Source: Candidatus Sericytochromatia bacterium (GTDB lineage Bacteria; Cyanobacteriota; Sericytochromatia; UBA7694). Taken from it: a DNA stretch of 64,000 nucleotides. Made by a program: the position numbers and the translations under genes. The stretch covers positions 389,557 to 453,556 of the forward strand of contig CAXRDE010000019.1 in assembly GCA_964229355.1 (NCBI GenBank), given 5' to 3'. This document shows positions 10,304-20,377 of the stretch, one piece after another (the first letter of the stretch is position 1; every line of letters starts with the position of its first letter). Below the pieces are notes generated by a model. That model had not been told where the DNA came from and ran no database searches. It saw nothing but the letters and a program-made list of their open reading frames with translations.

Positions 10304-11017
10304 TTAGCGGGCTGTTGGTTCTGGGGGCGTCCTTTGTGTTACTCTGGTCTGAAAAACGCTCCTGAGGGCCGCCTCGCATTGACGCACCTCTTGAACTGTT
10401 GTTAAGTGCAAAAACTCAGGTTTTACGCCCATTTCTTTGTCTGTCAAACGTTGTTGGTAGCGTTGGCGAATGGGCTCAAAATGGTTCCACACCCATAAAA
10501 TGAGCGAGTCACGGTGTAAAAAGGCCCGCGAGAAGCTTTCGTAATTGCCATTGCACACGGGGGTGCGGTACCCAATGCGTTTGCAGGTACGCCACAGCAC
10601 ACGCCGCATCACCAGGTGTTTGGGCAAGTCAAGCCAAATGACCAGATCGGCTTCTGGCCAGCTGATATCCTGCGTGCTGCCATAATTGCCTACCAGAATC
10701 CATTGGGGTTGGCTGACAATCTGACTGATTTTTTCGCGCAAGACGGGTAGGTCATGCATCTGCCAACCCGGTTGCCAGGCCAAATCGTCAATTTCAAAAC
10801 AAGGTAAGCCGGTAATCTGTGCTAAACGGTGGGCGAAGGTGCTTTTGCCTGCATTGCTGGAGCCCACCACCAACAGGCGTTGGGGTGTGTATTGATGCCA
10901 CCAGGATGAGAGCTCTTGCAGAGAAAGGGTTTTTTGCATAAGGTTTTTGGACGCTGAACGGGTGTTTCGGGTTCCATGATTACGGATAGATGCGCTGCTA
11001 GATATAGGGGTCAACAA
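10304..11017 (-). CDS. P-loop NTPase (AAA / adenylate-kinase-like) protein
   Basis: Walker A VVGSSNAGKST. The true start may be the internal Met at about 10939. Confidence 0.55.
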   Translation of the reverse strand: MLTPISSSASIRNHGTRNTRSASKNLMQKTLSLQELSSWWHQYTPQRLLVVGSSNAGKSTFAHRLAQITGLPCFEIDDLAWQPGWQMHDLPVLREKISQIVSQPQWILVGNYGSTQDISWPEADLVIWLDLPKHLVMRRVLWRTCKRIGYRTPVCNGNYESFSRAFLHRDSLILWVWNHFEPIRQRYQQRLTDKEMGVKPEFLHLTTVQEVRQCEAALRSVFQTRVTQRTPPEPTAR

Positions 11018-11077
11018 GGTCTTGATAAAATATTTACTTTATTGTAAAATTATTTAAATCTTCTTTTAAAGGATTCA

Positions 11078-11725
11078 TTGCGTATGTATCGTTTTTTACT
11101 GTGTTTGTGTCTCTGTGCCTGTAGTGCTCCCCAGGACTTATCCATTGTTCCCGCTACACCGACTCCCCAACCCACATCAGCCTCCATGGCTTCTGTTTTG
11201 CAAACGGTCCCCTCCGCTCTGCAGGGAGACTGGATTGAAACACAGCAGGCTTTTGCACCTGCAGCGTGGGAGTCTTACGGGGCTTTTCGTCAGCGGCTGA
11301 TTCAGCAACTGGAAGCGGGGGGACTTGAGTTACCCGAAACGCAGCCTGAGACAGAAGGCAATCCCACATCACTCCCCTATCGCCATTTCTATAATGGGTA
11401 TGCGCCGGTGTTGCATGTTATGGCAGCAGATTTGAGCTGGACAGACGTTCAACCCTCGCCACCTGGAGCAGCCGAAGGTGATACCGGGGCGGCTTCCCTG
11501 GGTTATGACGGCCAGCATTTGGTGTACACCACAGGGGATACGACGGTACATTATTATGTGTCAAAAGACCAGCGTCAATTGGTGCAGATTCCCGCTGAAA
11601 CGGGTTATACCCCGGCCTATGGCATTACCGTTTATCTGCGCGAAGCAGAAACCAAAACCCGCTATGGCATGTGTTTTAACCCCGCTGAAGGCAATGCCAT
11701 CAGCTGTGGTCAACTGGCACTGTAG
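11078..11725 (+). CDS. Lipoprotein, hypothetical
   Basis: Signal peptide with Cys-rich lipobox-like LCLCLCAC, Pro-rich segment. No recognised domain. Confidence 0.5.
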   Translation: MRMYRFLLCLCLCACSAPQDLSIVPATPTPQPTSASMASVLQTVPSALQGDWIETQQAFAPAAWESYGAFRQRLIQQLEAGGLELPETQPETEGNPTSLPYRHFYNGYAPVLHVMAADLSWTDVQPSPPGAAEGDTGAASLGYDGQHLVYTTGDTTVHYYVSKDQRQLVQIPAETGYTPAYGITVYLREAETKTRYGMCFNPAEGNAISCGQLAL

Positions 11726-11899
11726 TCCTGTAAATCACACCAAAGTATTTACAAAAGTCTGGTTTTTGGTTAAAGTAAAATCCCACCCTTGGATTTGAGG
11801 TAACGACAGATTTCAGGCTATTCTTCGATTGACTTTGCCCTTTTTTGCGATCGCGTCATTTTAGGGCGGGGCCAGGAACTGCGCGTTGAGAGCGCCCTG

Positions 11900-13255
11900 T
11901 TGGGTATTCGGGGCAATACCCTCGAAAGTGTCACCCCCCTTTCTCGGTCAGATTTTGAAGCCCGTCAGGGGCAGTATACGTTTCCCGTGCAGGATTTGGG
12001 TGCACAACTCTTAGGGCCTTCCTTTGTGAATGGCCACACCCATTTGGCCATGTCAGCCCTGCGGGGCCTTGAATTAAAGGCCCTGGCGGGCAACGTCATG
12101 GAGGACCTCTACTATGTGGTCGAGTCGCACATGTCTGCTGAAGACGTGCGGGCCTTTGTGCGTGTCGGGGCTTATGAAAGCCTGCTCTCCGGGGTGTCTG
12201 CCTGCTGGGATCACTATTACCATGCCGAAGCCATTGCCCTGGCTTTGCAAGATGTCGGCCTGTGCGGCGCTGTGGCTCCTACCCTTCAGGATGTGGGAGG
12301 ACCGGGCAAAGACAGCTGGCAAGCTGCCCTGGATACCACCCTGGCACTGCACGAAAACATCACCTTGCGTGAGGCGGGCATTGTCCCTGTTTTGGGGCCC
12401 CATGCCACCGACACAGTGAGCCCGGCGCTCTGGCAGCGGGTGGCTGAGCTGGCTTCCAGCCATCGTTTAACCATTCACTGTCATGTGTCTCAGTCCTTAG
12501 AAGAATATACCCGCATTCAAAATCAATATGGCACCACGCCCGTGGGCTATTTGGCCCAGCAGGGGATTTTGGATCTGCCGGTGCCGTTGGTGATGGTGCA
12601 TAGCCTGCTGTTGAGCCAGCAAGACATGGCGATGCTGTCGACGGATCGCCACATTCTGGGCTATTGTCCTTTTTCTCAGCTGCAATTTGGTTTTCCGGCA
12701 CCGGTAGAGCAGTGGTGGCAACAGGGCTTTCAGGTGCAAGTGGGCACCGATGCAGGAGCCTGCAATGACACCATGAATGTGCAACAGGAATTGCGTGCCC
12801 TGGCGGTCGGCAATGGCTTTGGGGTTACGCTGGGACAAACCTATGGGCGTTACCAGCAGCAGGCGGATGTGGATCAGGCCGAAGCCGTGTACGCTGAACG
12901 ACGCGACTTGCTGGCGGCGCGACCCCACACCGGACAGGTGTTAGAGAGCGTCTGGTCGGTACCCGGCACGAGCTGTCCTGAGTTGCGCCTGGGCGAAATT
13001 GCCGTGGGCAAACGGGCCAATCTTAACCTCTGGAACCCCAATCATCCAGCCCTGTGGCCTGCTACCGATCCCTTGCGGGCGCTGATTATGGGCAATGCGG
13101 CGGCGGCCCTGAATAACGTCATGATCAATGGCCAGTGGCGGGGGCAGGCAGAGCATGGCTTTCACGCCGCGATACTCAATAGCGCGGCGTATCAGAGTGC
13201 CCACAGCGAAGCCAGCGAGCGTTTACAACATCTCTTGCAGCGCTGTGGATTGTAG
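11900..13255 (+). CDS. Amidohydrolase-family metal-dependent hydrolase (chlorohydrolase / nucleoside-deaminase-like)
   Basis: Metal-binding FVNGHTHLAMSALRG near the N-terminus, HCHVSQS and VGTDAGA motifs typical of the amidohydrolase fold. Confidence 0.7.
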   Translation: MGIRGNTLESVTPLSRSDFEARQGQYTFPVQDLGAQLLGPSFVNGHTHLAMSALRGLELKALAGNVMEDLYYVVESHMSAEDVRAFVRVGAYESLLSGVSACWDHYYHAEAIALALQDVGLCGAVAPTLQDVGGPGKDSWQAALDTTLALHENITLREAGIVPVLGPHATDTVSPALWQRVAELASSHRLTIHCHVSQSLEEYTRIQNQYGTTPVGYLAQQGILDLPVPLVMVHSLLLSQQDMAMLSTDRHILGYCPFSQLQFGFPAPVEQWWQQGFQVQVGTDAGACNDTMNVQQELRALAVGNGFGVTLGQTYGRYQQQADVDQAEAVYAERRDLLAARPHTGQVLESVWSVPGTSCPELRLGEIAVGKRANLNLWNPNHPALWPATDPLRALIMGNAAAALNNVMINGQWRGQAEHGFHAAILNSAAYQSAHSEASERLQHLLQRCGL

Positions 13256-13267
13256 CGGCTTACGGTC

Positions 13268-15616
13268 TTACGCTTCAAAGCGGGCCACAAAGGCCTCTTG
13301 TTCTGCGGTTTCAATGGCGCGGGGTGAACGCACACTGCGCACCTCTGCCAGCGCCTGATGAACCGGTAAACCTTTGGTGCGCAAATAACTGGCAGCCACC
13401 ATACCACTGCGCCCCAATCCGCCGACACAGTGCAAGAGCACATTGCCTTTTTGCGCCAGGGCTTCTTGAATCCAGTCCAATACCTGAAACATTTCGTCTT
13501 GTGAAGTGACACCCTGATCCACAATGGGCAGGTGATAGGTTTCAAAGCCCGCTTCACGGTAAGCGGTGAGCAGTTCAGGTACCCCGTAATCGTTCATTTC
13601 TTGCTGGCTGAGCAAGGGCACAATATGGGTGACCCCTGCCTGTTTAAGGCTTTGCAGGTCGGTTTTGAGAACGCGGTGGCGATCCCGACGGCCGGGCAAG
13701 AGGGTTAAACCCAGGCGACCGGGTGCGGTGCGCAGACGAGACAGCCAGGAGACCCATAACTCGCCCTGTTGGGTTTGCATGCGTGATTCAATTTCCTGGG
13801 CACACAAGGTGGCGCTATAAAGGGCCCACTTTTTCTGACGCTCACTGGCCTCAGGAAAGCTGAGAGTGTGGGCCGCGTAACGCAATTGTCCAATAAACAG
13901 TTGTAAAGGGTTGCGGTCACTGTGAATTAACTCACTGTAAAAGCCTCTCAGGGTGCGTAGGGTGCGATAGGCCCGGCGCAGATGGGGGTCTTCGATGGGC
14001 AGCATATCCAGGGTAGGTAGCGGTTTACGCAGATCGTCCACCTGCATTAAAAACTTGCTCAGTTCGAGGGCCTCACTCAGCGCCTCATCACTCTCAAGGG
14101 GAGTCATCAGGTAAAGTAAATCATTTTCAAGCTTGATCAGGTCGCGCAGGACATGGCCCCGATGGGCGTGAAAAAAGTCAATGAGCCAGATGTTTTCATG
14201 GTCGTCCACCACAATATTGGCCCCGTTGAGATCCCCGTGTACAAAGGACATATAGCAGCCGGTGGCGGGTTTGGCCGCTTGCAATTGGGGTAAGGTTTTT
14301 TCGTAAAATAGCGCCAGGTTGGGAAATTCGGGGGTATTGGGCAAGTCGCTAAAGCGCACCCGATCGGCCTGGGCATCGTTGACCAGAGCTTCCATATGAC
14401 GGCGAACAGAACCTGCTTTTTCGCTGGTGAATTCGTAGTAATCCAATAAATCCTGGTGTTCGTATTGGGCAGCAGCATAAAGGCGGCCCAATTGTTCCAC
14501 AAAAACGGTGTACAGCAGTTTGTCGAGATCTGTGTCGTTTAGGGCGTTTTCGGCCTGGTATAACGACTGAAAGGTTTGCGAAAAGGAATTGCTCATGGAG
14601 GCGTAGCGGTATTTGAGGGCTGCGCGATCCCCTTGTTCCACAAAGTCTACAATGCGGGGAGCGTTGTTGCCCAGCACGGACTCAATCTGTTCAAAGGCCA
14701 CACGCTCTTTGCCCAACAGGTGATGCCAGCCAATTTTCACCACGTGAGACACCTGACGGTGGCCGTACTGATCGCTGCTCTGGGAACCCAACACCTCGTT
14801 GCCAGAGTAACCGCCGCTGAGCCGTTGCAGTTTGACCACCCGAGAATCGCGGAACAGGTAACGCACCAGCTGGCTATCGGCTTCGTCAAGGGTGGGAAAA
14901 CTATTCAGAACCAGCACAGGGCGGGTAGAGGCTTTCCAGCCGGTCAGGGGTAACTCAATGGCCTGCCCGCCCAAAAAGCGCACAAAAGCGGCCAGCGAGT
15001 GAAACACTTTGACGCCCAGGAGCTTTTGCATGTTTTCTAAAGCCACAAAGTGTTGGGCCCGAGAGGCTCCTGCGGTCAGTGCTGAGCACACGCCCAGTTC
15101 AAATTGAGGGTACCGTGAGCTCAGTTCATAAGCCAAATAGGTGATCTTGGCTTCGGTCCATACGCCCATGAGACCCACGCGTAATTTGTCTTCGTTGGTG
15201 GCCCGGGCCGCCAGCGGGGCCAGCAGGGCTTCGAGATCGGTTTCGTGAAAGTCATTGAGCGTGGGGGTGTTAACAATGCCGACATTTTTGGTGTGGTGTT
15301 CGGGAATCGGAAAGGCAAAGGCTGCACCGGGTGTGTCTGCTTCGCAGTGCAATCCAAAATGGGTCAAATGATCCATTTGTTTTAAGTCCAGACCGTCATG
15401 CCAATCTCGCAGGTGAATCAGCTTCAGGGTTTCGTCGGGAAGGCGATAAGCCCATTCCATGATGCGGGCCACGGGACCTTCGCTGGGAATGTCACCCATC
15501 AGGCGACGGGCTTCTTCGGCTCCAATATGCAGGGCGTTGGGTAAGGCTTCGTGGCGGCGAATGGGTTTGACAAAATCGTTTTGCAAACATTGGGTGATGA
15601 GTAAAGCTTGGGTCAT
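13268..15616 (-). CDS. Three-domain fusion: isochorismatase-like (degenerate) + APH/protein-kinase-like + dual-specificity protein phosphatase
   Basis: N-terminus ALLITQCLQNDFV (isochorismatase QNDF box, but the catalytic Asp position is Cys). Middle FVHGDLNGANIVV … IDFFHA (kinase catalytic loop and DFG-like). C-terminus LLHCVGGLGRSGMVAASYL (CX5R P-loop) with upstream LPIVDQG acid loop. Confidence 0.7.
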   Translation of the reverse strand: MTQALLITQCLQNDFVKPIRRHEALPNALHIGAEEARRLMGDIPSEGPVARIMEWAYRLPDETLKLIHLRDWHDGLDLKQMDHLTHFGLHCEADTPGAAFAFPIPEHHTKNVGIVNTPTLNDFHETDLEALLAPLAARATNEDKLRVGLMGVWTEAKITYLAYELSSRYPQFELGVCSALTAGASRAQHFVALENMQKLLGVKVFHSLAAFVRFLGGQAIELPLTGWKASTRPVLVLNSFPTLDEADSQLVRYLFRDSRVVKLQRLSGGYSGNEVLGSQSSDQYGHRQVSHVVKIGWHHLLGKERVAFEQIESVLGNNAPRIVDFVEQGDRAALKYRYASMSNSFSQTFQSLYQAENALNDTDLDKLLYTVFVEQLGRLYAAAQYEHQDLLDYYEFTSEKAGSVRRHMEALVNDAQADRVRFSDLPNTPEFPNLALFYEKTLPQLQAAKPATGCYMSFVHGDLNGANIVVDDHENIWLIDFFHAHRGHVLRDLIKLENDLLYLMTPLESDEALSEALELSKFLMQVDDLRKPLPTLDMLPIEDPHLRRAYRTLRTLRGFYSELIHSDRNPLQLFIGQLRYAAHTLSFPEASERQKKWALYSATLCAQEIESRMQTQQGELWVSWLSRLRTAPGRLGLTLLPGRRDRHRVLKTDLQSLKQAGVTHIVPLLSQQEMNDYGVPELLTAYREAGFETYHLPIVDQGVTSQDEMFQVLDWIQEALAQKGNVLLHCVGGLGRSGMVAASYLRTKGLPVHQALAEVRSVRSPRAIETAEQEAFVARFEA

Positions 15617-15947
15617 GGTTCTCTCCGGCGTGTCTGTTCAGGCAATGCGCATTGTATTACCGTTCATTGTACCGTGATTTTAGTAAAGCGCCTAAAAGAC
15701 CTGACCCAGGTAAACCTGTGCGGATTAATCAAAACTTAATCAGAACCATAAATACCCCGGGGCCCCCGTGAAAATTTGGCTGTGCTCTATTAAAGCTTGA
15801 TTAATTGACGGCAGGTGGAGCAGCGTTTTGGCCATAAGCTTAATGCTCACACCTCCAAGTGTTAAGCAAAACAGACCATTTATATTTCCACGTTCAACCC
15901 CCTCTGCGTTATGCAGGGGGGATTTTTCTTGGCTAAAAAACGGTATA

Positions 15948-16943
15948 ATGGCTCCCATGAATACATCTTTTTCTGAACAACTCAATCTTGAATTGCCCCT
16001 CATTTGCGGGCCCATGTACCCTTGCAGTAACAAAGAACTGGTGGCTGCCGTTTCTCAACACGGTGCTCTGGGGGTGGTGCAACCCCTCTCTATGGTCTTT
16101 GTCTATGGCGATGACTTTCGTGAGGGGCTGCGTTGGATTCGCAGCCAGACGGATCGCCCCATTGGCATGAACGTGCTGATTGAAAAGTCTTCAAAGGTCT
16201 ATGAAGAGCGTATGCGTCAATGGGTGGATATTGCCCTGGAAGAGGGAGTGAAGTTTTTCTTGACCTCTCTGGGTAATCCCCGGTGGGTGGTGGAAAAAGC
16301 CCATGCCCACGGGGCGTTGGTCTACCATGATGTGACCGAACGCAAATGGGCCCTGAAGGCTGTCGCCGCTGGTGTCGATGGTTTAATCTGTGTAAACAAT
16401 CGCGCCGGGGGGCACGCTGGTGAACGCTCTGCGCGTCGTTTATTGGCAGATCTTAAGGATTTGGGCAAACCCCTGATCTGTGCCGGAGGCGTGGGCAGCC
16501 CTGAGGAGTTTAAGGCGATGTTAGCGCTGGGCTATGACGGTGTGCAAATGGGAACCCGTTTTATTGCCTCCACGGAGTGCGCTGCCCACGGGGACTACAA
16601 GCAAGCGGTGGTAGACGCCAAAGCCGAAGATATTATGTTAACGGATCGTCTTTCGGGCACGCCCTGTGCTGTGATTCAGACCCCTTCGGTGGCCAAAATG
16701 CGTTTGGAAACCCATCCCGTGGAACGGTTTTTGTTAAAAAATCGCCGTACCAAATACCTGATGCGTACGCTTTACGCCCTGAGTTCGGTCTGGAAGCTCA
16801 AACAGGCGTCGCAAAAGGGCCTTTCGTATAAAGATGTGTGGCAAGCAGGCAAAAGTGTTGAGCATATTCATCAGGTGCAGCCTGTGGCTGAGATTCTGGC
16901 TGAGTACAAAGCTGCCCTGGCTCAGGACCGCCTCACGGTTTAA
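15948..16943 (+). CDS. Nitronate monooxygenase (NMO / 2-nitropropane dioxygenase, FMN-dependent) family
   Basis: GGVGSPEEFKAMLALGYDGVQMGTRFIAS, LICVNNRAGGH. The ORF opens at 15828; ATG at 15948 is the likely start. Confidence 0.7.
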   Translation: MAPMNTSFSEQLNLELPLICGPMYPCSNKELVAAVSQHGALGVVQPLSMVFVYGDDFREGLRWIRSQTDRPIGMNVLIEKSSKVYEERMRQWVDIALEEGVKFFLTSLGNPRWVVEKAHAHGALVYHDVTERKWALKAVAAGVDGLICVNNRAGGHAGERSARRLLADLKDLGKPLICAGGVGSPEEFKAMLALGYDGVQMGTRFIASTECAAHGDYKQAVVDAKAEDIMLTDRLSGTPCAVIQTPSVAKMRLETHPVERFLLKNRRTKYLMRTLYALSSVWKLKQASQKGLSYKDVWQAGKSVEHIHQVQPVAEILAEYKAALAQDRLTV

Positions 16944-18014
16944 GTGGAGCCGTTTCTTGTCCTCTTGATACTGGGGTGGTTACTGCGTCAGGGCTTGCAG
17001 CGCCAGGTGGAACGGGCCATTGCTCAGGACCATCTGGAGCGGGCTCTGGTCTGGGCCAGAGCATATGCCCTGTTATGCCCCACGCCCTTCAGTTTGGTAC
17101 AGTGGGGCAATCTGTTGGGGGATTTGCAAGCCTGGGAAGCCGCTCAGCATAAGTTTCGCTGGGCGCTGTGGCTGGGAGATAATCAGGGGGCTGTGCTGGG
17201 GTTGGGAACAGCTGCACTGGCGCTGGCCAGAACCCCGGAGCACAGTCAACAGGCCCATCGCTATTTTGCAACTTCCCAGGGACGCAATATACCGGAGATA
17301 CAGACCCTAACGGTGACGCAAAATCCAGAAATGGATCGGGCCTATTTGGCGCAATGTGCTGTGCAATACCTTCAGCAGGGTTGGGTTGTCCTGGATGATT
17401 TTTTAATACCCGAAACGGTCAATGCCTTGCACCAATGGTGCCAACAGCCTGGATTATGGCGGCACAGCTACCCAGGGTATGAGGGGGCGCATTTAGATGA
17501 TGGCCTTTCTCATCCTGCGATGTATGCCTTGGCTCAGCAATTGATTGTCGGTTTACCCGGTATTTTTGCGAACCACTTGCTCATGTACGCCTGGGCTTTT
17601 CGTTACCATGCCAATCATCAGGGGGTGGCCCTTCATCATGACAGTGCCCATGTGAATGTGAATCTGTGGCTGACCCCCGATCGCTACAATAGCGATCCTC
17701 ACACCGGTGGGCTTGTCTTGTACCCCGGTTCTCCCCCGGCGGCCTGGGATCTGGAACGCTACACCCTCAGCGCCGAGCAAATGGCGCAATGGATTCGCTC
17801 AGAAGCCCTGGAACCGGTGGTCATTCCTTACCGTCAGGGGCGCATGGTTTTGTTTAACTCCCGGTTTTTACACCAAACCCAGGATTTTCAGTTTCAGTTG
17901 GCCCCCCATCAACGGCGCCTCAATCTGACTTTGCTCTTTGGGCGGCAACCTTTGCGTTATCATCCGCGACAGGTTTTGCCTGCATCGTTGTTTCAGCAGG
18001 GTTTACAGACCTAA
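16944..18014 (+). CDS. 2OG-Fe(II) oxygenase-like protein with N-terminal helical-repeat region
   Basis: VVLDDFL, HHDSAHVNVNLW (HxD … H) and RMVLFNSRFLHQT (distal Arg). Start abuts the NMO stop. Confidence 0.5.
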   Translation: MEPFLVLLILGWLLRQGLQRQVERAIAQDHLERALVWARAYALLCPTPFSLVQWGNLLGDLQAWEAAQHKFRWALWLGDNQGAVLGLGTAALALARTPEHSQQAHRYFATSQGRNIPEIQTLTVTQNPEMDRAYLAQCAVQYLQQGWVVLDDFLIPETVNALHQWCQQPGLWRHSYPGYEGAHLDDGLSHPAMYALAQQLIVGLPGIFANHLLMYAWAFRYHANHQGVALHHDSAHVNVNLWLTPDRYNSDPHTGGLVLYPGSPPAAWDLERYTLSAEQMAQWIRSEALEPVVIPYRQGRMVLFNSRFLHQTQDFQFQLAPHQRRLNLTLLFGRQPLRYHPRQVLPASLFQQGLQT

Positions 18015-18406
18015 GGGGTGGGAAGCAGTGCGCCCCCGGCCAGACGAAACAAGCGTTGAAACAGCGCAGTGTCCATGCACTCGCTACCGTCAGCCAGTAC
18101 CTGGCGTTCCGGCCCCAAACCATTGCCACCCCGTGCTCCGGGTGTGGTGTCAGACTGGGGCAATGGGTTTAAAAAGTGGACCCGATCAGAAGAGAGAGAT
18201 TGCACAATGACCTGGTTATAGGTGTAGGTCTGGTCTCCGATTTGCTCGTACCACGGCAATTCCACATAGACGGCCTGAGCGGGTGTTGTGTGTAAAAATT
18301 CAGCCAATCTCTGGTAATCCAGGCACACTTCAAATTGGCCACCATGCAGTTGCGCTTCCAATCGCCCCAGCTTATCTAAACGGCTTTTGAGGGCTTCTTG
18401 TGACAT
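18011..18406 (-). CDS. Small hypothetical protein translationally coupled to the upstream cysteine protease (candidate inhibitor or immunity protein)
   Basis: ATGA start/stop overlap with the 411-aa protease gene. 131 aa. No recognised motifs. Confidence 0.5.
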   Translation of the reverse strand: MSQEALKSRLDKLGRLEAQLHGGQFEVCLDYQRLAEFLHTTPAQAVYVELPWYEQIGDQTYTYNQVIVQSLSSDRVHFLNPLPQSDTTPGARGGNGLGPERQVLADGSECMDTALFQRLFRLAGGALLPTP

Positions 18407-19641
18407 TAATGGGTCACCTCAGTGACGGTATTGGCCGGGGTCTGTTTGTCGTCCCAGCCCCAATCATCAATGCTGATGGCCGACTGTACATACTTTTTAA
18501 AGTCATCCACGGGCATGGTGTACTGTTCACCCCAGGTATTAATAATGACCTGATCATTTTTCTTGTCAATGCCGGTCACCAGCACCGCATGACCTTTAAA
18601 GCTAATGACTGCTGAACGCCCTCGGGCCACTTCGTCCTCGACGTAGCTGTAGAGGCTGCTGCCTGAATACATACTGTCTACCTGATAATCTGCTCCCATG
18701 ACTTCTCCCAGGGCATAATTGGTGTCATCGGAGTAAAGACCTGAATAATCATTCCAAAAGCTTTCGTTTTTATCCGCTTTGCTGTTGTAGGTCTGATCCA
18801 CCCCCACATTATTACCCAGGTCCATCAGTGCGTTTTGCATGATGCGAGCTGAAAAATTCCGGTTGTCATTGGTGTCGTCTTTCCAGGTGTCGTTCGGAGG
18901 CAGCGGGTCGCCACCGGTGGTGGTATAGGTTTTTCCCTCGCCCAACTGGGTAAGCGCCTGGGCATAGGTGGTGGGTTTTTCAAGGGCCCATTTCATTTGG
19001 ACGGCGGTGGCCGCGCAGGTGCCTTTGTTGGCCTGGTCAATGTTGGAGGGGTAGGCCATATCGCCTAAGGCGTTGCGCACCAGTTGTTTGGCATTAACAC
19101 CGTCATCGGGTTGGTTGCGGCTTAAAAAGTCTTGAAGGGTTTTTGCTACCTTGTTGGCCGTGGCCAGGCCATGACGTTCTTTGATCTTTGCTAAATCCCG
19201 TAAAACATTGGCGTACTGTGCTCCCCCGACGCCTGTGGGAGCCAGTTGGTCTGAAAGCCCTTTGATGGCTTCTGCCCCTTTCCATTTATCGTCGACACCT
19301 AATTTTTGGCGTAAGACTTCTTGAGAAGCCAGACCCGGTGTGTCATCGCCGGGGTCAGCATAGGCTTTGAGTGAGCTTTTGTAGGTCTTGGGCGTGGCAT
19401 TGGGCTCATCGGGAAAACGCATCATATTGGGATCCACTTCAGCGGTCATCACCAGGTTAAATTGTGGATTGTCCTCAATCTTCATGCCGGGCAGCGGTAC
19501 AAAATCTTTGGGTTTGATCTCCTGGGCGGGTGTTTCTTTCAGGCGATCAGTGATGCCCTGTAATGGGTTGTTTTGCACACCGGACGTGTTGCGTGAAATG
19601 GATGTCATTCTGGTTTTCCCCTCGATTTCGTATAAATTCAC
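18406..19641 (-). CDS. Papain-fold cysteine peptidase with ~200-aa N-terminal region, no Sec signal
   Basis: Q-x5-C (DQANKGTCAATAV), His in FKGHAVLVTG and Asn in INTWGEQY (papain NSWG-like) with papain-like spacing. Confidence 0.65.
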   Translation of the reverse strand: MNLYEIEGKTRMTSISRNTSGVQNNPLQGITDRLKETPAQEIKPKDFVPLPGMKIEDNPQFNLVMTAEVDPNMMRFPDEPNATPKTYKSSLKAYADPGDDTPGLASQEVLRQKLGVDDKWKGAEAIKGLSDQLAPTGVGGAQYANVLRDLAKIKERHGLATANKVAKTLQDFLSRNQPDDGVNAKQLVRNALGDMAYPSNIDQANKGTCAATAVQMKWALEKPTTYAQALTQLGEGKTYTTTGGDPLPPNDTWKDDTNDNRNFSARIMQNALMDLGNNVGVDQTYNSKADKNESFWNDYSGLYSDDTNYALGEVMGADYQVDSMYSGSSLYSYVEDEVARGRSAVISFKGHAVLVTGIDKKNDQVIINTWGEQYTMPVDDFKKYVQSAISIDDWGWDDKQTPANTVTEVTH

Positions 19642-19726
19642 AAAAATAGCTTATTTACTGTATACCCTTCATCTCGGAGTTCAAAACAGAAGCTGATACA
19701 ATGGAGAAAAACAAGGAGCTTAATTC

Positions 19727-20377
19727 ATGGATATATTTATTGATACCGCAAACATCGAGGAAATTAAAGAAGCTGCCAGCTGGGGCGTCATTGCCGGGGT
19801 GACCACCAACCCTTCACTCGTGGCCAAAGAAGGCCGTGATCACAAAGAAGTAATCGCTGAAATCACCCAAATTGTGGAAGGTCCTCTGAGTATTGAGACC
19901 GTGAGCTTAGATGCCGAAGGCATGATCAAAGAAGCCCATGAGTTTGTCACCTGGTCTCCCCATGCGGTGATTAAGGTTCCCATGACCGAAGAGGGCATTA
20001 AGGCCGTAAGCCAACTGTCTTCAGAAGGCATTAAAACCAATGTTACCCTGGTATTTAGTGCCAATCAGGCGCTGCTGGCTGCTTTGGCCGGTGCGACCTA
20101 CATCTCTCCCTTTGTGGGCCGTTTAGATGATATTGGTGAAGAAGGTATGGCGCTGATCGAAGAAATTCGCGAAGTGTACGACAATTATTTCTTTGATACC
20201 CAAATTTTGGCTGCGAGTATCCGTCACCCCCGTCACGTGACTTCAGCTGCCAAAGTGGGTGCTGATGTAGCCACCATTCCCTATAAGGTGCTGAAGCAAA
20301 TGTTCAGTCACCCCCTCACCGACAGCGGTGTGGAAAAGTTCTTAAGCGACTGGGAAAAATATCAGAAAAATGTCTAA
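19727..20377 (+). CDS. tal: Transaldolase / fructose-6-phosphate aldolase family (short type)
   Basis: 216 aa. [14 protein letters not shown]-terminus, Schiff-base Lys region [15 protein letters not shown]. Confidence 0.85.
   Translation: MDIFIDTANIEEIKEAASWGVIAGVTTNPSLVAKEGRDHKEVIAEITQIVEGPLSIETVSLDAEGMIKEAHEFVTWSPHAVIKVPMTEEGIKAVSQLSSEGIKTNVTLVFSANQALLAALAGATYISPFVGRLDDIGEEGMALIEEIREVYDNYFFDTQILAASIRHPRHVTSAAKVGADVATIPYKVLKQMFSHPLTDSGVEKFLSDWEKYQKNV

Noticed and set aside
12074-13204. Cluster of 62-143-aa ORFs overlapping the amidohydrolase gene
   Set aside because: High-GC antisense or out-of-frame ORFs. The 451-aa amidohydrolase frame carries the recognisable metal-binding motifs.
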